Assembly (NCBI GenBank): GCA_002633005.1
Contig: NMRA01000099.1
Location: 124,001 to 188,000 of the forward strand
Source: Phoronis australis
Taxonomy: Eukaryota; Animalia; Phoronida
Direction of reading: 5' to 3'
Length of the DNA stretch: 64,000 nt
In this document: positions 41,078 through 54,000 of the stretch, piece by piece
Numbering within the stretch: the stretch's first letter is position 1
How the letters are laid out: the number at the start of each line of letters is the position of its first letter
Notes under the pieces: model-generated
Told to the model about the DNA's origin: nothing
Database searches by the model: none
Seen by the model: only the letters and a program-made list of their open reading frames with translations
Position numbers and translations under genes: made by a program

Positions 41078-41574
41078 TACCTTCACCTTAATAGACTCGC
41101 AATATAAGCAACACAAAATATATGGAAAAAAGCTGTCTGGACTCGATGAATTATGAGTTGATCTAGGCAGGTATCCAATGTAAATGACAATTTCATGTCA
41201 TGTAAAAAGTGTTTTTAGATTTTATTTTCAAAATTTACAAATTAAATGAAATGTGGCCTTAATGTTATTGATATCCTTGTCATTTATGCAATGAATGCAC
41301 CTTTCTTTCTTTCTTTTGATAAATTTAAATAAGACATGGGGACTCAGTTGGTTGTAGTTTGGTATAAATACAAAAATCATATTCTACAGAATTTCTACTT
41401 TTAGCAAATAAATACTTTCACAGAGCTAAATTCTTTAGTCTTCTAGACATTAGGTTAAGTGTCGATAAAGCCCTTCATGACCTTAACCGATTTTTGCTCT
41501 TCAAACAATGAAAAATTGAATTTTCCAATTTACTTTTACATGGGCGGGAAAGAATGTTGCTAGAATCATCACCC

Positions 41575-42260
41575 CTTATTTATTCATTTATTTATTTCTT
41601 TAAAAGACTGGGTGACCACTTCGGTGAATACACTGATTTTCAAGGGGCCCCAGTCGGAAATAATGACACGAACTGAAATACAGAGAGCTACATACAATTA
41701 GATTGAAAAGATTAATAAATAAAATAAATTATTATAAAAATTAGTTAATATGTACAATTAGATGAACAAATTAGATAAAATAGAATAAAATAAGTAAAAT
41801 AATGATGAGCTGAGGCCTACAGTCCATGAAAAAAGAAGCTAGCTGTAAAAGTCCAGGCATTGTGTTCAGTGCCTTCTGTATTGTAAACCCGTTAATAGTC
41901 GAATATAAAGTGCACGCTCGAGAGAGTTTTCTCCACTGAATAACGAGCATCAAACTGGTTCTCAAAATGTGAGCACGTTATATCCAACTATTGCTGTAAT
42001 CCGAATGGGCAAGAAGCATCCTTAGTTGCCAATCGGAAAATGTCATGGCTATAACTCTTACTGTGTTTATGGTATCTCAAAGATCAGAAATAAGAGCTGT
42101 AATGCCCATATGTATGATAATAAATACACTACACCGACTCTAATGGCCAGTGCGTCCAATGTCTTGGATATATCACAAGTAAATAGGTACTTATGTCCTT
42201 TTACTTACAGTACTTTCTGAGGAAGGACCCCTTGAGGCGTATAAAGAGATCAATAAGTCA
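41575..42260 (-). mobile_element. 3' fragment of an L2/CR1-like LINE
   Basis: Minus-strand QWRKLSRACTLYSTINGF resembles the LINE ORF2 C-terminal RR...LYKIxNG motif. It is followed by a stem-loop-like ctggggcccc...tcacccag and a (TAAA)n-type tail. Confidence 0.4.
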
Positions 42261-45049
42261 AATGTTTCTATAATGATTCCTGAGCTACTAGGGGACTGTA
42301 TTTTGAGAACCAGTTGGATACCCATTATTCAGTGGAGGAAACTGGTTCTCAAATCTGGCACCTCTGTAAATGAGAAATACCGAAGTGGGCGAATGCAAGG
42401 AAAATTTTCCCACATATGCTCGTGTATTTTTCAAGCATGTTTTTTGCATAAGCATGCAACGAGTTCCATAAAATTTTGCTGGATAAATATCAAAATTCTG
42501 ATCATTATCTTTATTATATGCGTGCACCAGGGGGGGGCTCAAGGGGCTCAAACCCCCCATTTGGTCAAGTGGGCAAAAAGGTCTGCCTCTAAGAAACAAA
42601 AAGCCTGAAAACAGTAGAAATCGAGACAAAAGTCCACAAAAAGGCAGGAACCAAAGATTGGCGAATGCACAATTTATAGCTCTGAACGCACCCCAGTCCA
42701 CATTCTCAAAAATTCAAGCCCCCATTTTTTAGGCTGGGTGTGCACATGTATTAGAAAACCAACGATAATGGCACATGTGTTGTTAACTCATGTGACTGAA
42801 CTGTATAGTATCAGTATCTGCTAATAGGGGAACCACAACTTTTTGGTATTCACGAATCTTTTGAGGAAATCACTGTTTGTGGAATTAATTGGTGCATTTT
42901 TCCAGAAGCTTTTCTCAGATTTCAAAATACATGGTAATGGCACTTACCATGGGATGCATAAAAATGTTGCACCAGCGGCTACTTCTGACAATTTTATAAG
43001 CTGCCAGTCTATTTTCAGACTTCGGTGATCTATAAAATGCAGTATTTGATTTTTGAGAAATACAATGAATGGCACAATTGTCTTAGTCCCAATCTCCAAA
43101 ATCAAAAAAATCAATTTGTGCTTGAATTTCTGTGTTTTAAATGTATACTGCTAATTTGCCTAACCAAGCACATCACTTTAACAAGGCGTTGACATTCTCG
43201 TCAAGCTCTGACAAATACAGATCAAAGAACAAATAGGAATACATGCACAAGGATAGTATTAATCAAGAGAAGAAGTACCCAACGTGCCCACTCATCACTC
43301 CTGGGAGGTGAATAACTCTTCAAAGTGGTGCTCAAACCCATAAATCAAGCCAACTTCCTGTCAAACAAGCCATTAGCACCACTTACAGTTAGACCAACAA
43401 AGATTGCTTTCCCATTGAGCAACTACTCCTTTGGCTTAACATTATTTACTGACTGGGAGCAGCTTACAGTAACTTCAGTGGGAATAGTCATTTACTACCA
43501 GACTAAATTTACTGTGGTATCAAATTTACTTCCCTTCAGGGCATAGGATTAGTGACCAGTATAATATTTAATCCATTCCACGTTAATCTGTGGGACCGTT
43601 CAGTCGACAGGAATAGATATGGCTACAGCGGTAAAATATTATTGTCGGTTTGACGAGAGTTTGCATGTCGCGTCATATTATGCCTCATTCTGTCTCAAGT
43701 AACCGATCATTTAGCATTGTGTTTTGCTGTAAACAGTATCATGAGCTCCTAGAAAGTCAGTAGCTAAGTTCATCTCTTCAAAACTGCAATTCTGGCACAA
43801 CACATTTCCTTATGTGGAAAATATTACCTTTGACATTTGATTAACAAAACGATGACGACTTCAAGCAGCGGCCAGTCTAATTAGATGTCTGAGTGTTTAA
43901 AATTAGTTATATAGATATTGTAGTATTAAACTATATTCTAAAATGCACTTGAAATTCTTTCTATAAAATCGTATTTTGTCCGTCAGCTGTTCGTCAAATG
44001 ACTGAGCCCATGCACAAGTTTATCATAAGTTGGAAAGGAAATTAGGGCTTATTTCAAAAATCGTGAATTTTGTGATTTTTCCTGGAAATTCCCTCACAGG
44101 GAAAAATGAATAACTCTGTAGTAGACGTTGCAAGATGGTACTTCTACCCGGATATATATTTTTGACAAGCGTACTCCATGCCACTTTAACTGCGATGACT
44201 GTTAATCTCGTTCCGTGGGAACACTGGTAAATGATTATGCATGAATGCTTATCATAATTGTCTTTAAAGATGTACTCGCATGCTCCTAACTATGCTAATG
44301 AATAGCAGGAATTAAACGACAAATTGCTATTTGAACATCATCTAGGGATAAAAATCTGCATCAGAGCATGACTATGGATGATAACATTACCTAAGAGCGT
44401 CATTCCAAAATCGGTTCCTTGAAGGCTTGGTGCCTTTGTTTTCCTAACAACACTATTTATCTCCCGTCACCAGGATGAGAATTTATTACAGGCATTCTTG
44501 GGGGAACAATTCACAAATTATTTTTGTGGTAATCACAAAATCAAGGAGAAACTCAGAAAACTGGATCAGACCTTTTTCACGCTTCAGTTTTATCTCATTA
44601 ATGGAGCACTTAACTAGCGATAACGTACTAGATGGTGATCAAATTCAACCGACACTTGTTGGCCAAGGGAATTACAGCTACAACCACGCATTATATTTTT
44701 CATCTGTTTAGATTGATGCTCTTCCCATCAGTTTAAAATAATGTGCTCTGCATGAAAATAGCCAGTCAACCCAATAGCACTTTTATTTTTTCAGTCTCGG
44801 TACACACCTTTATACTGGTGAGTGCATCGGGTGACAACGTAATTAGACAGCGAGCAAGAAATGACCAAAAATATTAAAGGCCCATTATCTATCAATAATT
44901 TGCCAATAATGAAAAAACTAAAAACACATAGGAAAAACAAAATAAACAATATTGAAATAATAAAAACAAAAATGAAGTACAAGAAAATGATAAATCATTA
45001 AGTCAATTATCTTATCATGGAATAGTTATTTTAATACGGTAATTTTACC

Positions 45050-45560
45050 CTTTATTAGCACATAATATGGCCAAAAATATTGTGTCAAATTTTCCCCCAA
45101 AATAAAGGATTATAAAATTTTAGTCTATCGCTAGCATGGTTTGAGCTGTATCAATTTGGTAATTCGCTGTTATTTTCCATGAAAATTTCAGTTTGAAAAA
45201 TGGAAAATGACAATTTCGATAATTACTTAGAGCAAAATAATTGGATAACTAAAAGAATTTCCCATTGGACAGAACACATGATCAGTTACACTATATCAAC
45301 TTATGGAATTATGGAATATTGAAAGTCAGCCACAACCAAGGAATCCAAGAGATCAAGTTCCACTTATTTAGCACACAATATGGCTGACTAGTGAAATTCT
45401 ATTGAGTTAAATCTCTCCTCAAAAGTAAAAGATTAAAAACATTTTAGTCCACCACAATCATGGATACCAGTGAGTAGACATCACAGAATAAAAGTCGCTG
45501 AAATTACCATTGTTTGTAAAAGGTTATCAACCCTTGAAATATGGAAAATGACAATTTTGG
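45050..45560. repeat. Diverged direct duplication (~315-bp period)
   Basis: ttattagcaca.aatatggc...attttagtc...atggaaaatgacaattt occurs at ~45052-45217 and ~45365-45557. Confidence 0.65.
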
Positions 45561-48500
45561 CGAAGTGTGCTTTTGAGGCGTGCAGGGTCTAAGTGGAGGG
45601 GGTAGGGAGGGGAATTCCCCTTCCCTCTGAGGGGAAAAATTGTAATCCATATAAAATAGGTTATTTTCCTTGCATTTTAGCACATTGTTTGCCTTTTTCT
45701 TGTTCAAACGATGCCAAAGAAGAAAACTAAACATACAAGGCTTGCTTCATTCAGGATGTGTGCAGAGTCACCATACTGCAAAAAAATAAAGATCTGTAAA
45801 TCTTTTTTGTACGGTAATCTGTGTAGAGCTGTATGTTAGACAGACAATTCGCAGCATGACCTCAGAACTCAAAAGAAGTGAAGTGTACTTTATTGCAGAT
45901 GAGCACTACTAAGTTAGCAACGGAACAACGCAATCATACTAAGAACATAATAGTAAAAACAGACGGCTATAGTCTCTAATCACAAGTTCTGTCTGAATAT
46001 TCATCGATCTAAAACAACGAAATTGTAGGTTTCAATAACATTTAATGATCAGAAATATTAAAATTATTCATTTAGCAGTCATTTATGCCGAGGTTGTCTA
46101 GGAAACAGGCCACCTTTTCTCTGTCTTCGCTGTGCTGTCCAAGTCGTCATTTTTTAAAACTGATCATCCCAATGACAGCCATGACGGCCGCTAGATGAGT
46201 CCCTGCCCCTATCCAAAAACAACAACTGTGAAAGCTAAGCCCCACTAAATCATCAGTACAGCTTTTTACAAAAAAAAAACGATCCAAAACAAGACTATGA
46301 TAATTAGCATCACTTTAAAGATCAGGACAAATAAAAAACTGACAATTTGGGAAATTTATCGGTGCGAAATACTTGAAGAATTTGTGTAAAACTACTTAGG
46401 GAGTCCCAAGCAATATGCGTGTGCCTGATACTACAATACTCCATTACCATCAGCATAATCATATTACACCTACATTTGATTGACAGTGGTAATGATAATT
46501 TAAACGCCAAAATGATATCTTTATTTTGATTGCATTTTTGCTTTTAATAAATTGCATTGACTATCCCAATACAGAGACTTGATATAGACAACAGAGGAAA
46601 TGAGAGCAGACACCTTGAGTCTGTGACAGTTGTTAACTTCAAAGCCTGATAATTGCTCAACATTAAAGCCCCATTAACCCTGTGCTTTCACTTAAAAAAC
46701 TTTTAATATAAGCCATTTACCATAACAGTGCTCTTATCTTGTTCCTTAATCAGTTCAGTTGTGATTTCTAGACTTGGGAACAACTGACACATCATTATTT
46801 CTTCAAACCAAATTCATCAACAATCAGGTCATTTATTATCAACTGCTAGTTCATTGCACCCTGAGACAATTTCTAAACTGAGTTTGAAACAAGATAAGAC
46901 AAATTTCATACATTTGGTAAGTGCCTAAATCAAAGCTCGTTTTTTGACAGACAGCATGTTTAATGTCCCTTAAAATAAACTATTTGAAAACCCTTATGGT
47001 TCAGTTTTTTGAATGAGCAAAAATTTTGAACATAAGAATAAGCATAGGCTATAACTACAAAGAACCGCCGAATCTGTAAATTCTCAACATCACAGATATA
47101 AATGCACACAAGCCGTAATGTCCTTATCCAATAGCAGTACCCACAAAGTACATCACCTGACTGCAACTGGTTGTTCATCATGAAGAGAATCCTACATTGA
47201 TACCCTCGACCAGTTAGCATTCCGCAGAATCTGCAGAAAAGATCTGAGACACCTAGCAGTTGCAAGGCCCTCTCATACTTTCAGAAACTATGCTTTATGA
47301 CGACTACTCTCCATAACGCTGTAGTTAGGAATTGTTCTTAAAATGTTTCACATAATTAGCATGAAGGACTTTTTAAAATAGGACATTTATGGTTTTAATG
47401 AAAAACGAAAACGAAATGATAAGTGATAAAACTGTAATAGCATTCTTCAGAATTCATCTTGAACGTTAACACCAAACAAACTTTGATCAATTGTGAGAGT
47501 CATCACCTACGTACCCGCATATATTTCAACAGGCTGTTAAAGCACCTGAAATTTGATTAATAGTTTGAAGTAGCACATTTATATGCCTCTGAAAGTGCAC
47601 ATACTACTCTAGCTTTAAATAAGACAACAGAAAGCACTTAACCCAAACATTAATAAAAGAAATTGATTACATGTGACCAAGGCTCATTGCTATCACATTA
47701 ATCAATTTGAAAGGCTCTGAGAATCACCAAGAGCGGCCCTGTTTTTTTTTGCACAGAAACTGAATGGAATTCAAGCTCAAAACCGCTATTATAAGCTGCC
47801 CTATGTTCTGGTGTTAAAACCATCAACTCCCTTCACTGGAACATTTAATATTCCAAAGCAACATCATTCATTGCATTCTGACCCTTTGTTTCAACTGAAA
47901 TTGGAGAAGCAGTTGGCAAAGCCATATTGCCTCAACATAACAGGAAAAAATACCAGTCTCGGCAATTTTCCAGAGGTTGAAACGCTTGACCTTTACAAGG
48001 AGTCATTTTTGTCAGTGGTCAGTGGGTATTTACCTTGTATGGCAAACATCAGAAATAATTGATGACCAGTATACCCCATCATGACATTCTTTGACACAGC
48101 ACCCTTGGTTGTTGATAGCAACCCTAGGCATGCTTTTGATGACATCAGTTTCAATTTGAAGTACTCCCAATCTATTAGCCCGCAATGTTCCTCAGCAATT
48201 TCACCAGTTCAATTTGTTATACAATTTTTCAGTAAAGGATTGAACTTTTCCTCACTGATAAAGCCTGCCCAGCTCACAAATGGGTCAACACGGGTGAAAA
48301 AATGCCACAAAACAGAAAGCCGTCATCCACTTAAGAGTGAAACTTCTTAAGCTGTTTTTTTTTATTATTATATTTTTAATTCACACTCTGTGAAACTTAT
48401 AGGGATCTCAGTAGGTGGGCATTTAAAGTTGAGCATGGTCAGTTAAAAAGAAAAAAGAAGTCATTCAACTGTCGACAGACCTTAACTGCAACAACCCCTA

Positions 48501-49222
48501 CAGAGTTTTGACGTTGGCCTTTATGTACAGGTCTGGAGTCCAGTAAAACATCAACGTATTGTAGACAGTGTTGAAAGGAACTTAGCATCTAGAACAAAGT
48601 AATGTAATGTAAATTTAGGCAAAAAATTTGAGGCAAATACTGGACTTTGCTTCCCTGAGTTAGCGACATTGCGTCCGCCTCTCACAGACTTTAGATGGGC
48701 TACTCAGAGTGACGGTATTGTTCTGGCAAATAGGTGACGATTTAACCAGATGACGCAGCATCGAGGTCAGGACAGTTACCCCATACTTGTTAATTAATGT
48801 ATTTTTAAATTTTCCAATGCAAACTTTTGACACGTTATGAGCTGGCAAAGCGGTGATCACACCAATGCTTTCATCTTTTTTTGTCATTTGACTTACATTT
48901 GCAGTGTTCACTGTAGGTGTTATGGGAATTCATTACTTATTTAACACAAAATAGGTCCAACAAGCGAAATTCTATTTTGCCAAATTTCTTCACAAATAAT
49001 AAACATTAGTTGGTACTGTGTGGATGTCATAAAACCTTTCATTTGGTTTCCACTGCTTGTAGGAAAGAAATCAATCTTGATAGACGGAATGTGACAATTT
49101 TGACAATTTATTTTGTGACTATCTTGGTAATCGAGAGTTCTGTTTCTTAACATATTTTCTAAAATACTAGCTTTTGATTCATGAAAACATGTTTTGAAAT
49201 CTATGGTGAACACAGAAATGTA

Positions 49223-49381
49223 CCAATAACTCACAGGTTAACGCCCCGGGCACTTAAATTGAGAAACCTTGAGACAGGGGCTTGGGGAACAACCCAAGCA
49301 GTGGGAGCTTAAACCGAAAATTGGCAAAAAGTCCGGGATCGGTGATTACACCGGCGTGGACATTAACCCACAAGTTTTCGG
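49223..49381. mobile_element. Short (159 bp) pogo-type MITE upstream of the GPCR exon
   Basis: TA|ccaataactcacaggttaacgccc ... ggacattaacccacaagttttcgg|TA. Its right end is the near reverse complement of the element end at 61111. Confidence 0.6.
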
Positions 49382-50036
49382 TATAAGCACAAAACTAATG
49401 TATGCATGGTTATCACATGGAAATGTGTTTTTTTAAATTAAGATTTTTCAAATGGCTGCAAATTGCAGAGATGTAAAAATTCATGCCAAAACATGCATGC
49501 TAAATATTTATTTACGATTTTAGCTACAAAAGAGTCTGGGATTTGAATAGTCCTTAGCCTGAGATCAGGCCCATCTTGTCAAAAATGAAGACTTCTGGTT
49601 AGTCTAAATCATCTTTGACAGCCGAGATCTTAGACAGGTTTTAAGTTAATTTAAGGAACAGGCAGAATTTGCAGATTTCATGCAAACACTTTTATCCCTG
49701 TTGCAATTTAGGCTGTAACTTGGATCATATTTCGAAAATACTTGAAGAAATGCAATCTTTGGTAATGAATGCAGTAAGTTGTCTGAATTATTTTTTGTAT
49801 TTCAGGGTGACATTAACAAAAGTGCAGAAGCCAGAGACTTTGGAACCGTCCCCGACATGGTAAAGGACGTCCAAGAAGTCCACCAACACACACAGAGTGT
49901 AGCCTGATTGACTGCTAAAAGTTCCCAACGAGCAAACGGTAAACACAAGCATTATCACCTCCTGGACAGTAGGACGGGTAATTGAGCGAACCATACACAA
50001 CAAATAACCCTAGGAACAGAGTGTAACTGATTTACA

Positions 50037-51074
50037 ATGGCTGACACTCCACAGAACGGTACAAGAGTGGCAACATACCACTATGTGGAAAATCTCAACG
50101 CCTCAATCGACAAAGTGATCATTTACGGATACGTAGCACCAGCTTTAGCCATCGTCACGTTCATAGCCAACATTATCATATGCGCCGTGCTATACAGGAT
50201 CCACAAAAACACTCCAACCAATTTGTTTTTGATCGCCATAGCTGTGTTTGACGCTCTAACAGGAATTATGAACACCCCTTGTTCCATTTACATCTACATG
50301 CTGGGGCACTATCGGGACTACATACCCTATGACTGGTGCTTCTGCACTCAACCCCTCAAACTTGCGGCGGTTTTCCACACGTCCTCAATCTATCTAACTG
50401 TGATGTTAGCCATACAGAGATACATGGGGATTTACAATTCAACACTAATGAGGCGGATATTCTCTCCGAGGAAAACCCTCATCTACATCTTCGTCATACT
50501 CAGTGTTGCCATGGCGTTGTTAGCGGTGATGTTCTTCCAAGAAGAGTACAAGCCTGCGGAAATTCCTTCCAAACTCAACTCCAGCGTAATGATCTCCGCC
50601 TGCCAGCAATGGAGCAAAACATGGAACACGCAGCATTATAGAACCGTCTTCAACAGTATGCGAGTTGTCTTCATACAGGTAATACCCTGTATTCTACTCG
50701 CCATATTCAATGTATTACTCATTCGCTCCATAAACAAGGCTAAAAAGCTTCGGAAAGAATTGAGCCCCTCTTATAATAATACTCGCTATCGCCTTTGTCG
50801 GCCAAGCAGTGGCAGCACACGCATGACCACAATGTTGATTGTAATCATCACTACAACTCTGATCGCGGAGATCATCACCACCAGCAATTTGCTCGTTCAT
50901 GCCGCTGATGAGCAAAATCCAATTCTGGATGACTTTACGACTGTGTCCAACGTAATAGTTTTCATTAGCTATCCAACAAACTTTGTCGTTTATTGCACGA
51001 TGAGCAAACGGTTCCGCAAAGGATTTAACAGTTTGTTTCTCCTCAGCGGCAAAACGTCAACGAACTACTCTTAA
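50037..51074 (+). CDS. Rhodopsin-family (class A) peptide GPCR, sex peptide receptor/MIP receptor-like, 345 aa, single coding exon
   Basis: Seven hydrophobic segments and N-terminal N-glycosylation sequons (NGT, NAS). SPR/FMRFamide-receptor-clade motifs: YGYVAP, ANIII, TPTNLFLIAIAVFD, YMLGHYRDYIPYDWC, FHTSSIYLTVMLAIQRY (DRY>QRY), IQVIPCILLAIFNVLLI, TTMLIVII and SYPTNFVVYCTMSKRFR. Start context acaATGG; candidate UTR acceptor ttttttgtatttcag| at 49805. Confidence 0.92.
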   Translation: MADTPQNGTRVATYHYVENLNASIDKVIIYGYVAPALAIVTFIANIIICAVLYRIHKNTPTNLFLIAIAVFDALTGIMNTPCSIYIYMLGHYRDYIPYDWCFCTQPLKLAAVFHTSSIYLTVMLAIQRYMGIYNSTLMRRIFSPRKTLIYIFVILSVAMALLAVMFFQEEYKPAEIPSKLNSSVMISACQQWSKTWNTQHYRTVFNSMRVVFIQVIPCILLAIFNVLLIRSINKAKKLRKELSPSYNNTRYRLCRPSSGSTRMTTMLIVIITTTLIAEIITTSNLLVHAADEQNPILDDFTTVSNVIVFISYPTNFVVYCTMSKRFRKGFNSLFLLSGKTSTNYS

Positions 51075-54000
51075 AAATGTATGATAGGTAGGACGTATTA
51101 TTCTGCCACAGACATGAAGTGGTCTTCTTGTTTTGGCCGGTACACTCCAGGTAAGAAATGATTGCCGATTCGTTCGACAGTCATGAAAATCACTAGAAGC
51201 TGAGCAGTTAAGGTGATACAAGCTTACAGCAAAAAGCAGTGCACTATTTAATGGTTGACATGTCCATATATGGTCGAATTGTAAGAGCAAGTACATGATA
51301 TGCAGGTACATGGCAACTGGGAAAAACGCAGACAGGAAGGACAGTGCCTGAAACTGACGTAGGGCATGCATTGAAATATTGAAACGTCATTTCAACATAA
51401 TCCACATCAAAATTGTTGACCTTCAACTTCAGTTTTGATGGTAGAAAGTCAAGGCAACAACACGAATGTGTGCCCAAAACCTGTCTTTTGTCGAAAATAA
51501 CTTTTTATTAATTGGAGACTGTTGTGGTTCAGACTTCTTTATACCTGCGTGAAGGAGAGGACGTGGAGAAAACCAACTGGAAAATAAAGAAGGGAATGCC
51601 TTTGAAGAAGCAGCTTAATTATTTCAGACTAATGGAACTGACTGAGGCACATCAAATTCTCTGACAGGAGATTGCATAACACCCACTGCAGTGTAAGGGC
51701 AAGTCTTTGTTGAGGACCTCTGCTGGGAAGCTAACATTCAGGCTCAACAGGAACCATAGTTTGAACTTTACTGTAGTCACAATAAGTTCAAAGTGTCATG
51801 GCCTGTAGTCGAACCACTGTCATTGAACCATTGACCTTTGAACCTTAGTACTGTCAGATCCTACTGAATACTTAGGGTTAGGATACAAGAAGGCAGTCTC
51901 CTGGTAGTTGCAAGTAAATTGAGCCATTTCTTTGAGTATTTGTGTTATAACCAAAATAATGAACAATCAGCAGAGAAACATCCAAAATGTATAATAAATG
52001 TTTCAATTGCTTATTCAATAATTTACTACTTCAATATGCATGACTTGCCCGTCTTTCCTCTTGGCTGGCCATAGTGAGTCCATGAACTGAAAACAGGTTC
52101 TGATTCACCACTAAGCCACAGGTAACAAACAGGGTTACTACCATCATTCTTTACTTATTTAGCGCATGTTATGGCTGGCAAGTGAAATTCTGTTTTGCTA
52201 AATTTCTCCAAAAGGTAACAACGTTTCCATTATATGTAAAAAGGTTCATAGACATTGAAACAAATGGAAAATAACCATTTCGGCAAATATTTATGAGCGA
52301 CAAAAATTGACAATATCAGTAATTTTTGTGAATGCATGGACCAACCTGAAATAGAACTCAGTACATTCATTAGATACGCAATTAAAGAGAATCAGTAAAA
52401 TTTCATCAATATAGAAAACAATAGGACAAACGCGTGAAAATTTATTTTTTCATGTTGTTGATAAAAGATAAGGAATACCAATTAAATTCCTTATCATTTT
52501 AAAGTTTTATACTAGAGCTACATATTCGGACAGTGTTAGAAGAAATGTGTACATTCATAACAATGTTAAGACATTAAGCATTTTACTCTGAAACATAGCT
52601 TGTGGCGTACACTGGGCAAAATAGATTACTATGAAAGGTTTTAGAAACTAATCATGGTCAATTATGGTAATTATTTTTGTCTGAAATTAGTGAGAATTTA
52701 CCACTATTTGGGCCACATGCTGTGGTTTAGAACAAGCAAAACGAGATTCTTAAAAAAGAAAAGGTTAATTTGCTAAAACAATATTCCTGTTATGCATCAA
52801 TTCAGGACTTCCGCAGTAGAAGAGAGTGGTGAGGATATACCTCAGATATGGCATTCATTAATTAAATCACGAGTGGTCATCATCAAGTTCATCTCGAGCA
52901 AAAATACGACAATGCTCATGAGTTACGCAGCATGAGGAAAACCAAAAGCACATAAAACGCGTAATTTGGAAGACCTTACTGCGCAAAACTATTCTCTTTT
53001 CAAGCAATCTCTCACATGTGAACGGGTGAACAGCTGATGAAGTACCCAATTGGCAAACCTTTTGAAACTAAAGAACATTACGCAGCAATTTCGGACAAAA
53101 AATCAGTGCTAAAATAGCCATTTTTATTCTCCAAAGGCTCCTAAAATTTTGTGAGTCAGCGATTTTTTAAAATATAATTTGCCTGACGGTAGCAGTGGTA
53201 CACCCTTGAGCATGTAAAAGCACTGTTTTACTGACAATATCATCTATTGAAAAAAAATAAAAATAAAGTTTTACCTGTCCACCATATTACGTCCTAAATT
53301 AGTAAATTTTACCGACCCATCAAATGATTTAATTCCACAATCAACATATAACAAAACATTGTTGTGTTCCAAATAAACCCAGACATGCTTCCGTTGAGGC
53401 AGGCATTCAGAAAGCAGAGGGGGTTGATCACATAGAACCAGTGGCTCATTTTGCCACCACGTGGCACCAGAGGTTACTTCGTATTGACCAGGTGTCATAG
53501 GGAAACAGTTGAATTCATGAAAACACCCTTTTACAATGTATGTGATTAGACGTCATGCGTTTTAAGTCATTAACTCCCTTGTAGTCTACTAAAGATCACT
53601 CAGGTATCTGGTCCCACATGATCAAATGCCACGTTCCTACTTAGAAATCTCTTGTAGACTGATCATATAGAACTGAACTTTCTTAATTTGTTGTTCTTTC
53701 ACCCTGTTGAGTAAGAAAAATGTGTGAACAAGGTAGTTGCTATTCAAGATTGTTATCTTTCAGTGTATAGTTTGTACTGCTTTTATGACAGTAATATTTA
53801 GAAGATGAAATATTTAAAATTGGTATAACCCCTATATGTCTAGAGATTGCATTCAAGTATTACCTAGAGCACTAATTGAAATTCACATTAAGTAACAAAT
53901 ATATTTTTTATTTACAAAAGACATACTTTAGTTCAGAAATTAAGAATTTCCTGAAAAAGAGTGGAATGGTCTTATTTATCAAGCTTTGGTACAAAACATT

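Noticed and set aside
32734-41156. Paralogous-looking ORFs (32734-33060 vs 39921-40358; 33897-34148 vs 40697-41059; 34236-34469 vs 40923-41156)
   Set aside because: The similarity comes from copies of the same non-coding MITE. Frames are not conserved between copies and there are no transposase motifs.
42948-43029. Exon-like segment (ttttatag| ... |gtaagt) reading SPKSENRLAAYKIVRSSRWCNIFMHPM
   Set aside because: Only a short chance-level resemblance to INTS8 EKRLAGY; the rest does not align.
53030-53070. CTGATGA...GAAAC hammerhead-like spacing
   Set aside because: The intervening bases do not form a stem II and no flanking helices were found.
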